Below are positions 14,207-26,229 of a DNA stretch of 64,000 nt, piece after piece. The stretch lies in the NCBI RefSeq assembly GCF_023055435.1, contig NW_025964334.1:28334001-28398000 (forward strand), written 5' to 3'. Each line of letters begins with the position of its first letter. The first letter of the stretch is position 1. A model generated the notes under the pieces. That model was given only the letters and a program-made list of their open reading frames with translations, had not been told where the DNA came from and did not search any database. Origin of the DNA: Haliotis rufescens (Eukaryota). The translations under genes were made by a program, and so were the position numbers.

Positions 14207-14476
14207 GTTGGTTGGTTGGTTTGTTGTTTAACGCCGCATTCAGCAATATTCCAGCTATATGACGGCGGTCTGTAAATAATCGAGTCTGGACCAGACAATC
14301 CAGTGATAGACATCATGACCCTCGATCCACGCAATTGGGATCGATGATATGCATCAACCAAGTCAGCGAGTCTGACCACCCCGATCCCGTTAGTCGCCTC
14401 TTACGATAAGCATAGTCGCCTTTTACTGCAAGCATGGGTTGCTGAAGACCTATTCTACCCCGGATCTTCGAGGGTC
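14207..14476 (-). mobile_element. SINE family A, full length, two-module head
   Basis: Family match; TSD ttaggttc(t/a)gt. Confidence 0.92.
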
Positions 14477-15109
14477 TTAGGTTCAGTGGAGTTTCCGCCT
14501 CCTGGCCTTAGGGTCTAATGGTAGGCCCTCACATGCCAATACTTGCAATACACATGATAGTGAAGGCAAGTACTTAATTTACCGTTAAAGGCCGAAAACG
14601 TTTCAGAAGGTTGTTAATTTCACCATGCACACCATGTTTGCGCCACCCACGTGTTGATCTACTAAACACACCTGTGTATGAATATGGACTCATGACGCGT
14701 AAGTGTCAACACATATTCATATACTGCACCATATTAATAAAACATATGCGAGGCGTGGCCCATAGCTTAATATGTAGCCTGTGGCGCGCATAACCCACAT
14801 ACCAGACAAGCCCCATCTATTGCACCGTGTCAACGTATCGGACAAAGCCAACACATTGCACTATGCGGAGCAAGGCCAACTATTGCACAATGCTGGGCAA
14901 GACATGTGACACATATTTTTCAATAGCATATGTAAAGTCTTAAAATGCAATCGGCCTTTGGTCAGGTCGTTGAAATGCACAAGGGACCCCTCCATAACCT
15001 GAACAATGATTTAGTGATGTCTGTATGTATAGGAATTAGTGGTTTGGTCGTTGAAGCAATGGCGAGGAGGGAGAGTTGTGGTGTTGTGGTGTGGTGGTGG
15101 TGGTGGTGT

Positions 15110-15140
<31 letters not shown>

Positions 15141-15147
15141 GGGGGGG

Positions 15148-15716
15148 GGGCTATAGGGATAGGAGGGTGGGTATTTGTTGTGGGCAGGAGAGGATGGGCT
15201 ATAGAGATAGGAGGGTAGGTATTTGTTGTGGGCAGGAGAGGATGGGCTATAGGGGTAGGAGGGTAGGTATTTGTTGTGGGCGGGAGAGGATGGGCTATAG
15301 GAATAGGAGGGTAGGTATTTGTTGTGGGCGGGAGAGGATGGGCTATAGGAATAGGAGGGTAGGTATTTGTTGTGGGCGGGAGAGGATGGGCTATAGGGGT
15401 AGGAGGGTAGGTATTCGTTGTGGGCGGAGAGGATGGGCTATAGGAATAGGAGGGTAGGTATTTGTTGTGGGCGGGAGAGGATGGGCTATAGGGGTAGGAG
15501 GGTAGGTATTTGTTGTGGGCAGGAGAGGGTGGGCTATAGGGGTAGGAGGGTAGGTAATTGTTGTGGGCGGGAGAGGATGGGCTATAGAGATAGGAGGGTA
15601 GTTATTTGTTGTGGGCGGGAGAGGATGGGCTATAGGGGTAGGAGGGTAGGTATTTGTTGTGGGCGGGAGAGGATGGGCTATAGGGGTAGGAGGGTAGGTA
15701 TTTGTTGTGGGCGGGA
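15148..15716. repeat. G-rich minisatellite, 48 bp unit (ggctataggggtaggagggtaggtatttgttgtgggcgggagaggatg), preceded by (GT)n/poly-G
   Basis: Direct; 16-aa periodicity in the ORF track. Confidence 0.96.
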
Positions 15717-15929
15717 ATGGTACATCAATGAAGTTGTTATGCGTGGTGGCATGCCGCTCCGCCTTTGCTCGACATTTTAATGTGAAATAGATGTATTGAT
15801 ACCCCTGGGGCACTTTCACTATAACCAGTTAGTTTCTTACAGTCGTTCAGGTGTTTTCCTGGAATGCCCTGAGAACCTACTTCAAACTAATGCCATGTTA
15901 ACATGTTTTAATGTGTGGAGTACGTTGTA

Positions 15930-16145
15930 GGTGGGTGAGGTAAATTGGGGATAAAGTCGCGTTTAAGATTTTGGCACTCATATCCTGACTGACTCCGAGC
16001 CGACCAGTTCTTGTTTTATCCCCTTTATGTCGATCGCCAGGCAGGGCAACAACAATTACCATCTTTTGACGTCTTACACGTCCGGAAAACGAATAAACGA
16101 CCTTAGGCTCTCCGGACAGACGATTTATCCACTAGACCATAGTGG
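15930..16145 (-). mobile_element. SINE family D, degenerate with internal deletion
   Basis: tgactccgagccgaccagt, accatcttttgacgtc and ccactagacca match family D. Confidence 0.7.
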
Positions 16146-16149
16146 CTGT

Positions 16150-16375
16150 AGTCCGTTGACGGTTGACCAAGTCATCTCGGAGGTCCCAGTTAGCGCCAGG
16201 GTGCAAGAAACCTGTTATCGTGTGTTCGAATCCCTGTTCGCCCTGGTTATATTTCGAGAGTGTTCGTGGGTTTCATCAAACTGGTAAACATCACTTCGGG
16301 CTTTCCTTACACATCAACCTGACACGCCTTGATACTGAACGTCTGTTCAAAGCGGGTTAAACCCAACTCACTCAG
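16150..16375 (+). mobile_element. SINE family C, degenerate
   Basis: gttcgaatcc B box, catcacttcgggctttcc body, aaacccaactcactca tail. Confidence 0.7.
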
Positions 16376-16547
16376 TATTTGACCCTTATGAAGTAATTAA
16401 TATGATGGTAACCAGTATCAACACTGGTTACTGGAGCATGAAAAGTGAAAATATTAGAGAGAGAGTTGAAATATGACGTCTCTTCACTCCCGTCCTTGTT
16501 GGTCTGCTTCTTTATGCTTTGGAGTCAGAATTTCTGCTCTGCCTTTC

Positions 16548-17031
16548 GTGTCTCCCACCATGGTGTCTCCCGCCTTTGGTGTCTCCCGCTTTTGATGTCT
16601 CCCGCCTTTGGTGTTTCCCGCCTTTGATGTCTCCCGCCTTTGATGTCTCCCGCCTTTGGTGTCTCCCGCCTTTGGTGTTTCCCGCCTTTGGTGTTTCCCG
16701 CCTTTGGTGTTTCCCGCCTTTGATGTCTCCCGCCTTTGATGTCTCCCGCCTTTGGTGTTTCCCGCCTTTCGTGTCTCCCGCCTTTGGTGTTTCCCGCCTT
16801 TGGTGTCTCCCGCCTTTGGTGTCTCCCGCCTTTGATGTCTCCCGCCTTTGATGTCTCCCGCCTTTGATGTCTCCCGCCTTTGGTGTCTCCCGCCTTTGGT
16901 GTTTCCCGCCTTTGGTGTTTCCCGCCTTGGGTGTCTCCCACCTTTGGTGTCTCCCGCCTTTGGTGTTTCCCGCCTTGGGTGTCTCCCGCCTTTGGTGTCT
17001 CCCGCCTTTGGTGTTTCCCGCCTTTGGTGTC
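16548..17031. repeat. Minisatellite, 16 bp unit (gtctcccgcctttggt)
   Basis: Direct. Confidence 0.97.
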
Positions 17032-17090
17032 TGCAATTCCCTATTTTGACTTCCCGTGTTTATTTTTAGTGGCACAGGTTATAGCTGAGC

Positions 17091-20000
17091 CCGAACCCAA
17101 TATTCGAAGGACTAAATATTTTTCAGTGGAACGCCAACGGACTCACCTCCCACGGCCATGAACTAAAAACTAAATTTAAACTAAATAAAGGCCCTCACAT
17201 TGCTTGTATACAGGAAACCAAATTCTCAAAAAAATCCAAATTCACACTACCTAACTACAACTCAGTTAGAACTGACAGAGCTAAACCGAAAACAAGAAGA
17301 GCCGCAGGAGGACTAATCATATTTATCAGGGAAGATATAAATTACGAAGAAATAAAAATAGACACGCCAAACCTAGAAGCCAACGGCATTAAAATCACAT
17401 TAAATAACCGAAACATAAACATCATAAATATTTACCACTGGGCGGAACAAAAAGTCCAACCTGAGGATCTAAACAAACTACTCCAAATAAGCGATAAATC
17501 TACTATATTCCTAGGAGACTTTAACGCTCACCATCCTACATGGAGCATAGATGATAAAATAGATAATCATGGCAAATTAATCTCCGAATGGATAGAAACA
17601 AACGACCTAGTACTCCTTAATAGCAACCAACCCACGAGGTACGATAAGATAAACCAAAAAATGTCGGCTATCGACCTAACCATATGCACCGCAGATCTAG
17701 CCCAAAGTACTCAATGGGAAGTGCACGACGTCCCGCTAGGTAGTGACCACTTCCCCATAAACATAACCATAGGAAATACAAACGTACCAATCCAAACAGA
17801 AAACCAAGAACCAAAATTCCATTACAATAAAGCTAACTGGGACCAATTCCAAGATATCTGCAACGAAGCTAACCTAAACGAAATAGAAAATAATGATCCA
17901 GAAACCTATTGTAAAAACCTAACAGACTATATAATAAACGCAGCCAAAACCTCCATCCCCTTCAAAACATCTAAGACAGGCAAACCGACGGTACCATGGT
18001 GGAATGAGGAAATAGAACAGACTAGACGAAAACGTAAATCAGCCTTCAATAAAGCAAAACGCGACTACAAATATTTAAACATAGCCCACGAACTAAACCA
18101 CCAGGTTCAAAAACTAGTCCAAATAGCCAAAAGTAGAGACTGGAAAAAATTCTGCGAAGGTATAAATAACCGTACAGATGCCAGAACGGTCTGGCGCAAA
18201 ATCCACGCCATCAGAGGCTTAAAACGACATAAAAAAAACCCTAACATTGACAACTCAACCAACCCCGCCCAAAAAGCAAATAACCTCGCCAACCACTTTT
18301 CGGCCGTTAGCAGTAACACCAACTTCAGTAAAAAATTCCAAGATAAACTTAAAACAGAAAACAAACCCACAAAAGAACCAAACAATAACAATCTAGAAAT
18401 AAATCAACCCTACACAATGGAGGAGCTCCTCTACGTAATCCAAAACAGGAAAAAGGGCACAGCCCCAGGATTAGACCTAACTTCTTACCAAATAATTAAA
18501 AAACTCCCCCTAAAACTACTCCAGGCACTACTCAAACTATACAATCTCATCTACCTAAACGGACAGGTTCCTACTCCCTGGAAACAGGCCCTAGTCATAC
18601 CAATCCCTAAACCTAATAAACCAGCTAATCAAGCTAACTCATATAGACCAATATCCCTAACTTCAAACTTATGTAAAGTAATGGAATCAATGGCTAAAAA
18701 TAGATTACAACATTACTTAACCCAAAATAACATCATAAACCCAGATCAAAGCGGTTTCACTCCTGGCCGCTCAACCCTAGATAACCTCACCCGACTAGAA
18801 CAAGATATTAAGACAGGACAGCTAAATAAACAATATACCACAGGCATCTTCTTAGACTTCTCTAAAGCTTTCGACATGGTATGGCACGATGGGCTAATAC
18901 AAAAACTTAAAAAAATAGGACTCAAAGGTCAGATAATAAACTACATCCAGGACTTCCTAAACAATCGTAAAATAACCGTGGGTATAGACCAAACTCTATC
19001 GGACCAATGTCCCCTAGAAAATGGTACTCCACAGGGCAGTATCCTCAGCCCCACCCTCTTCAATATAATGATAAACGATCTATTCGAGGGCCTATCTCCT
19101 AAAGTAAACACATCAAAATTCGCGGATGATGGAGCCATCTGGATCCGCACTAAAAGCATGAACATGGTCCAAAATTTACTCCAAAAATCTCTTAATAAAA
19201 TACAACAGTGGGCTGACAAATGGGGCTTCTCCCTTAACTCAGAAAAAACAACAGGAATAGTATTCAAACATAAAAACATGAAACCCGCCTCCCCAATCCT
19301 CCAGCTAAACAATCAAACAATCAAATTTCAAAAACAAACCAAATTCTTAGGACTTATTTTCGATGAACATCTCACCTGGGATGCTCACATCCAAAACCTA
19401 ACAACTAAATGCAGTAAAGACCTAAACACCCTAAGATGCCTAACTGGTTCTAACTGGGGAGCATCCAAAGATACCCTCCTCTCTCTCTAGATATCACTAA
19501 TTAGATCAAAACTAGACTACGGCTGCGCCATATACAACACCCTAAACAACTCTCCATCTAAAAAACTTGACTCAATACAATATCAGGCTCTCAAACTAAT
19601 TACACGCACCCAACATGGCACCTCCTACACCTCACTTCAGGCCTTAACAGGAGAAATGCCACTAAGTCTACGCAGGGAACAGCTAAGCTTAAATTTCTGG
19701 GCCGCGTCCCAATCAAACCCTCTCATCCAAAACTTAATAAACCAAAACATCAGCCCCAAAAACCAAGCTCTAGCTCGTAAACACCCCTTACTTACCCCAA
19801 TATCCCAAAGAATAACAAACTACCTAAATGAACACCAAATTAAAAATCTTAAACAAAACTGCAAACAATCAAATATCTTCACCCCTAAACTTAAAATACC
19901 CAAAATAGACACAACACTAGCTAGCCAAATAAATAAACAAACCGACCCAAACATAGCTAAAACTACCACACTAGCATACATACACGAAAATTGGCCAAAT

Positions 20001-20861
20001 TGGTGTCACATTTACACGGACGGATCGTCAGATCCGACCTCCAAACACACAGGTTTCGGAGTCCATACCACACAACCAACTAAAACCACACAATCCTTCC
20101 GACTCCCAAACAACCAATCAATATTCACGGCAGAACTAATGGGCATGGCCTCAGCCCTTCATAATCAAGAATCCAAAAACCACAAAAAAATCCTAATACT
20201 TACCGACTCCCTAAGTGGACTGCAAGCCCTCCAAAACAAAAATACCAAAAACCGACCTAAATTAATAAATCAAATACTTAAAAGCTCCAACGACCTAACT
20301 AAGGCAGGCAAACAAATAACCTTCTTGTGGATACCCGCCCACGTAGGAATATACGGTAATGAAAACGCCGATAAAGCAGCTAAACTATCCCTCAAAATCC
20401 CAGAAATAAGCTTAAACTTACCCATCTCAAAATCAGAAATTAAAAGTGTAAACAAGCAAAAAATCACCAAAAAATGGCATAACCTATATCTAAACTCAAA
20501 TAGCCAAATCAAAAAAGTGCTCAGCAAACCACTAACCAAACCAAAAATTCTCCATCCATCCAAAAAAATCGACAGAGTAATCACTAAACTCCAAACAGGA
20601 CACACCAACCTAAATAACCACCTAAAAAAATTTAAAAAACACACTACAGGTAACTGCCCACACTGCAAACAACCAGAAACCCCAGAACACGCACTCATCC
20701 ACTGCACACACTACCTAACACATCGAACCGCATTACAAACCACCCTCAATCTAAACAAGGCTCTAACTCTAGAAGCAATACTAAACCCACAAAATAAACT
20801 AGAAAACTTCAAGGCCTTAGGCGTATTCTTAATCAAAACGGAACTAATAAAACGCATCTAA
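17091..20861 (+). pseudogene. LINE ORF2: AP endonuclease, reverse transcriptase, RNase H and CCHC finger; single in-frame TAG at 19488-19490, no initiator ATG
   Basis: One frame throughout. APE: NIFQWNANG, IQET, GDFNAHH, AIDLT, SDHFPI. RT: YRPISLTS, LDFSKAFD, GTPQGSILSP, FADD. RNase H: YTDGS, TAEL, TDSLS, WIPAHVGIYGNENAD. Zinc finger: CPHC...H...C. Confidence 0.95.
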
Positions 20862-21136
20862 AAACACAATAACTCACCAAATCAAAATCACATAAACAAA
20901 CAAACATCCACCATACCCAGCTCCCTTAGTTCTCCTCCCCAATCCCATCGGCATCTATTCCAAATCTCAAAATTCCCCAATTCTATATAAGCAACCCCTA
21001 AAACCCCCCTCTTGGGTTGCACAGACCACCTTCGCCCCTTTCGGAAACACATTAAATGGCCTGGCCGGGCCCGTGTGCGAAATACGCATCAGTCGAAAAG
21101 CGCACGTTAAATCTCCAAAGTAAGTAAGTAAGTAAG
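17091..21136 (+). mobile_element. I-group (Nimb/I-like) non-LTR retrotransposon, 5'-truncated at the start of ORF2, (taag)n tail
   Basis: 11-bp TSD tatagctgagc at 17080-17090 and 21137-21147; ORF2 domains; 3' UTR 20862-21116; tandem TAAG tail. Confidence 0.95.
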
Positions 21137-21444
21137 TATAGCTGAGCATGGATCATGGTCGTATCGAATCTGGCATCCGAACAACCTGGCACTGCTAAGG
21201 GACAAGACTCTCCAGGTCAAGATGAGGCGCCTCAGTCCACTGGGCCATAAAAGATTTTAAGGTATTCTGCGATCAGTACGCATCATGTTTTGCTTTTGTT
21301 AACTCTTTTCGAGTGATTCTTTTCAGACAGTGAGGCAGTTTCCTCTACTGTTTAGTAACTTGAATATCACGAATATTGAAACCATGAACCGTAACCAAGC
21401 GATTATACATTAGGCCACGGTCAGTGATGTTTCAGATGCATCAC

Positions 21445-21518
21445 CGCCGCCTCCGTGGTCTAATAGATAGAGTGTTTGCCCGGAGCGGAAACGCTGGTTC
21501 GATTCCCTGGCCGCGTCT
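21445..21518 (+). mobile_element. SINE family D tRNA head fragment; a body fragment lies at 23670-23776
   Basis: ccgcctccgtggtcta...ggttcgattccctggccgcgtc. Confidence 0.65.
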
Positions 21519-22205
21519 TTCTATTATGTGTAAGCAATTGTTAGTGGCGGTAGAAACTGTTGTAGATATAGTTTTAGTAAGAGTCCTTGGCAGCAGATGT
21601 GTCTAGTGTGCATGTTTTCCGATGTTTAACAAACCGCGATACAAGGTGGTCGATGCTGCAGGGGATGTCTGGCTTTGTGTACACATGTAATGCCCCTGAC
21701 ACTCGTGGGGTAGTAATCGGTCTATATTTTAAAATCGACTCAAGGCCCTGTCGGAAAACCTAATCAGAGATCCCCCTGGTCCCTTGAAGCCCATGCCAGG
21801 GTTTGGCAAGATATTTTGTCGAGTCATTATTGACCGTGATGGCCACTTGCCTACAACAAAGTCTTGTAATCAGTATTTGTTGACAATCATGGGCGCACCT
21901 CCCAATTTCCCAGAAGCCTTTCCATTGAGGAGAATTACTGCGCCAGGCATCGTTAGGGTTGTGGCCAGCGTTATATATTGGCACTAGTCATGTAGTCCTT
22001 GCCAAACAGCCCAATAGTTAAGGTATCATAAAGACTAGTAGAAATTTGCCCTTTTCAAGGGTTTTGCTATATGTTATCATTATAAGGACTAGTGGACCAA
22101 AACTATTAGTTTCTATCGCTGCTTTGATCCAGTTTTTCACCATGGTTGGTTTAGTAGTTCAGAGGGGACAAAGTTTGAAGTTCATGTCAGTGCTGTTTCA
22201 ACAGG

Positions 22206-22370
22206 GGGGCTGTCGGGTAGCCTTGTGGTTAAAGCGTTCGCTCGTCACGCAGAAGACCCGGGTTCGAATCCCGACATGGGTACAATGTCTGAAGCCCATT
22301 TCTGGTGTCCCCCACCCTGATATTGCTGGAATATTGCTAAAAGCGGCGTAAAACCAAACTCACTCACTCA
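22206..22370 (+). mobile_element. SINE family B
   Basis: A and B boxes; TSD ctgtttcaacagg. Confidence 0.92.
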
Positions 22371-22918
22371 CTGTTTCAACAGGTCATGTATGAGTTGGAA
22401 CTTAACAGGCTTTACCTGGGGCTTGTCATCCTAAGAAACAAGAAGCATTGGAGAGACTCTTAAAATATGACCAGGACTTCCCAGTTCTGACTAACAAAAG
22501 GGGCATTATGGCATTTCATGGTATAGATGTTACTACACGAATCTGTATCAACATTCCTTTAATGTGGTGGCCTCTTTTACTCATATGCTGACCAAAAGAC
22601 AAGTTTCTTTGGGATAACCACTGCCAGCCAGTCATGACAGCACCATATTTTGAGAAAACATTTAAGCTGTCAGTTGATACAAGTGGCTTCATCGCAGGTG
22701 GTGTTTTGTTACAGGAAACTACAAACGGCGTTGATCATCCTGTTTGTTTGTTTTCAAATAAATTTGACCAGTACCAGCCAAAAATACTCTACAATTGAGA
22801 AAGAAACTTAGGTTTTGATTTTGTCATTGTAACATTTTTAGATGTATTTGGAAACTACACAGTATCCAAATGAAATTTTCATTGATGACAATCAGCTGAT
22901 TCTTCTTCATATGATGAA

Positions 22919-23088
22919 TGGGTGGCGGAATCTCCAAGTTGGTTAAAGCGTTTGCTCGTCACACCGAAGACACGGGTTCGATTCCCGAAATGGGTACAAT
23001 GTGTGAAGCCCATGACTGGTGTCTCCCGCCGTGATATATTGCTGGAATATTGCTGAAAGCGGCGTAAAATCGTACTCACTTCACTCAC
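22919..23088 (+). mobile_element. SINE family B
   Basis: B box ggttcgattcc; TSD tcata(t/a)gatgaa. Confidence 0.88.
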
Positions 23089-23846
23089 TCATAAGATGAA
23101 GTACAAACTTCAGAATTTGATGAGGAGGAATTTGTCTTTACAATAGTTTAATCTTGATATCATGCACAACATGGGCAAAGACAATACACGGATGCTCTTT
23201 CTTCAGCCAGGATCAATACACAAATGCAGATTGCCAATTATGCCGGTAGCATGTATTTTAAATGTTTGGCATGGGATGCCAAATCATTTGACTGGCTAAC
23301 CAAGCAATTATTTTGGCGTCTATGCTTCCATGAACCAGAAAAATAGGCCATGCCACAAGGGGACAACTATCACCGCGGTGGAAATAGTTTTCTGTGGTTT
23401 CATTTTAGTTTTTGACATTTTCGTTTTTGTTTTTGACCTTTTCGTTTTGGTTTTTGACATTTCCATTTCAGTTTTTGACATTTTCGCTTCACATTTCAGC
23501 GACTCAATAGCTACTTGAAAGTACATTGTCCATGTTTTCGGTTGTTTTTATACATGATTTATTACATATTTGTATGACAAATTGTGTTAAATTGCAAAAG
23601 GTTACGATAAAGTAAGTGAAACATCAAAATATTGAAAAACAGACTCCATGTCCCTTACGGGCCACCGTAATAAAGAGGCTAAGACAAGGACTGGTCGGCT
23701 CGGAGTCAGTATTTTGTGTCTGGGCGGGGTATCCATGTTAAACTGCGGCATGGTATCTCAGTGGGCTAGCACTATAGATGATGTAGAATATTGACAAAGA
23801 TTGATACAAATTGAATTATACATGGCATGATCATATTAGAGAATCA

Positions 23847-23974
23847 TATGGAATACTAGAAAGGGCATTGTCGCGTTGTCGCATTGTCGCCCTCACAAAA
23901 ACAAGCAAAAAGTGTCAAAATATACCAAAGCGCAACAATGAGACAACGCGACAATGTCCTTCTAGTATTCCATA
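23847..23974. mobile_element. Small palindromic MITE with about 40-bp inverted termini (tatggaatactagaaagggcattgtcgcgttgtc)
   Basis: Near-perfect inverted repeat with TA ends. Confidence 0.75.
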
Positions 23975-24128
23975 GAATCCAAAATATGCTTTGTTCACAT
24001 GCCCATGCAACGTGAGTTAAAAAAAACAATGACGTTGAATGTTTTTAATTGCGGCAGTAAAACGTTAGGTGTTTGATGTTGTTTTAATGGTCGGCATTGT
24101 TTTCGTAGGTATAGGAATGAGATACATG

Positions 24129-24300
24129 TACAGTAAAATATCGTTGTGGCGAACTTTTATGTGTCGAACTTACGTTTGTCTCGAAGTTTGGTCCCTGCAT
24201 ATTCTTTCTTTATTCATCATTTTTGGTTGTGTCGAACCTCGGATAACTCGAAGTATTTACGGAGGCCCCTTCATCTTCGACACAACGGTGTTTTACATGT
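24129..24300. mobile_element. Degenerate pogo/Tigger-type MITE
   Basis: tacagtaaaatatcgttgtggcgaa / ttcgacacaacggtgttttac inverted ends. Confidence 0.55.
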
Positions 24301-24504
24301 TTCGAAATTACGATGTTTACAAAAGATGTGGAATTATAATTGTGGCATTCTGTAGTATTAGCGAGTCTGAAAGGAAGGTCCATGGTCAGAGCCGATCTAT
24401 TGTGTAGTTAATCGGTATATCGAATTCAAGAAGGGCCTCGAAGAAGAAAGGCGATCATTGAGTGATATAATGTATAAGCTTGAAACTACTTCTTTCTTTA
24501 AGTG

Positions 24505-24645
24505 ACCAATCTGGAACAGACAATCCATTGATTGACATCATGAGCATCGATCTGCGCAATTGTAAGCCTAAGCACTCGAATCCGTTTGTCGCCTCTTACG
24601 GCAAGCATGGGTTGGGGAAGAACTTTTCTAACCCCGGATCTTCAC
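24505..24645 (-). mobile_element. SINE family A, partial and degenerate
   Basis: gacatcatgagcatcgat and gcaagcatgggttg motifs. Confidence 0.8.
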
Positions 24646-24774
24646 TGATTTGTAAAGAGGCGTTTTTTCGAACTGACATTCATAAACTTGGAAGCCAATG
24701 GTTCTTACGAGCGATTATGCCAGGTATAATTCTTATGATGAGTATTGTGAGCATGTTTGGTTTCTAAAATCGTC

Positions 24775-25054
24775 GGGGGCACGGGTGGCCCAGTCGTCTA
24801 AGGCGCCGCGATTCGCTGTGCAGAGTTGCGTTCCTTGGGCACGCCAGAAACCTATGATTGTGGGTTCGAATCCCGGTTCGCCCCGATTATGTTTCTAGGT
24901 TTGTCAGCACCATACCCGTGCTCGTGGGTTTCACCGAAGTGGTTAACGTCTGAGACCTGCATCACTTCGGGCTTTCCTCCCACATTATTCTGACACGCCG
25001 TGATATAACTGGAATACTGTTGTAAGCGGCGTTAAACCCAACTCACTCACTCAC
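24775..25054 (+). mobile_element. SINE family C (tRNA head with long A-B box spacer, V-domain-like body), full length
   Basis: A box tggcccagtcg, B box ggttcgaatcc; 12-bp TSD tctaaaatcgtc. Confidence 0.93.
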
Positions 25055-25265
25055 TCTAAAATCGTCTTATATATATTAAGTTAATAGATAATATAAGATG
25101 TTTAACACAGGGGGAAACGGGGAATAAAGCTATACACATTGTTATGATTACAATATCGGACAAAGAACGTGTTTAGACTTATGTTTACGATATAAACATA
25201 ATGTACACAATAGAATCGGCCCAAGTGTCATGCGTAGTTTGATTATTGTTGAGTTCCTCTGTTAA

Positions 25266-25546
25266 GGGGGCACGGTTGGCCCAGTCGTCCACGGCGCGTT
25301 ATTCGTTGTGTAGAGTTGCGTCCCTTAGACCCACCAGAAACCTATGATTGTGGGTTCGAATCCAGGCTCGCACCCGTTTATGTTTCCAGGTTTGCCAGCA
25401 CCATACCCGTGCTCGTGGGTTTCACAGAAGTGGTAAACGTCTGGGACTTGCTTCACTTCGGGCTTTCCTTCAACATTAAGCTAACACGATGTGATGTAAC
25501 TGCAATAATGTTTAAAGCGGCGTAAAACCCAACTCACTCACTCACT
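25266..25546 (+). mobile_element. SINE family C, full length
   Basis: Colinear with the 24775 copy. Confidence 0.92.
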
Positions 25547-26032
25547 GAATCATCTGTCAAAATTCCAGATGTAAACCAAACTAGCAGTGCCCCCAACAAA
25601 CAGAGACTGGGAATGGCACCTTAGCAAAGTGCCCCACCCCCACACTCACATACCCCCACCACTACCCCCCACCCACACCCCACCCAGAAAATGATAAAAA
25701 AAAAGGAAAGACATGAAACTTTTAAAAACATGTGAAATAAGAATGATGGTGGATGTTTCGAAGCACCGTCTGGCTGACGTGTCTCAAATACACTCTCACC
25801 CTCACCGACCCCAGGTTGTCATAAAATAAAGTTTATTAAATGTCACGCGCATGTAAGCTGTTTTAGGTACTGTCATAAATATTAACGATAATGTCAAGTA
25901 CGCCATGCAGTTCACGCGCCTCTCACTCGTGAAACACATTACGTACAGCCTCAACTGCCACGTGAGGTCTTCACTGTAGGTGCTTGCCCCGACAGAAATA
26001 GTGTATTGACTTGTTTATTGAGTGTTGTTCAT

Positions 26033-26204
26033 NNNNNNNNNNNNNNNNNNNNNNNNNNNNNNNNNNNNNNNNNNNNNNNNNNNNNNNNNNNNNNNNNNNN
26101 NNNNNNNNNNNNNNNNNNNNNNNNNNNNNNNNNNNNNNNNNNNNNNNNNNNNNNNNNNNNNNNNNNNNNNNNNNNNNNNNNNNNNNNNNNNNNNNNNNNN
26201 NNNN
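26033..26204. other. Assembly gap (N)
   Basis: Direct. Confidence 1.
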
Positions 26205-26229
26205 GTAAATATTGACACCTATTCCCACT

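Larger units (their letters stand above)
21655..23205 (+). mobile_element. Decayed Ty3/Gypsy pol in integrase > RT > RNase H order (Gmr1-like), interrupted by two SINEs
   Basis: Integrase: VGKPNQ, PLKPMPGFGKIFCRVIIDRDGHLPTTKSCNQYLLTIM...FPEAFPLR, ALIQFFT, FMSVLFQQVMYEL. RT end: FPVLTNKRGIMAF. RNase H: FKLSVDTS, GGVLLQ, DHPV, YSTIEKE, GKDN, DALS. Confidence 0.85.

Noticed and set aside
17080-17105. 2A-like ribosomal skip peptide at the ORF2 N-terminus
   Set aside because: Reads PNPI in frame, not DxExNPGP
19488-19490. Programmed stop-codon read-through between RT and RNase H
   Set aside because: The stop replaces a typically conserved Tyr, so a point mutation is the simpler explanation
22206-22280. 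tRNA genes (here and at other A/B-box sites)
   Set aside because: No intact acceptor stem; they continue into SINE bodies with tails and TSDs
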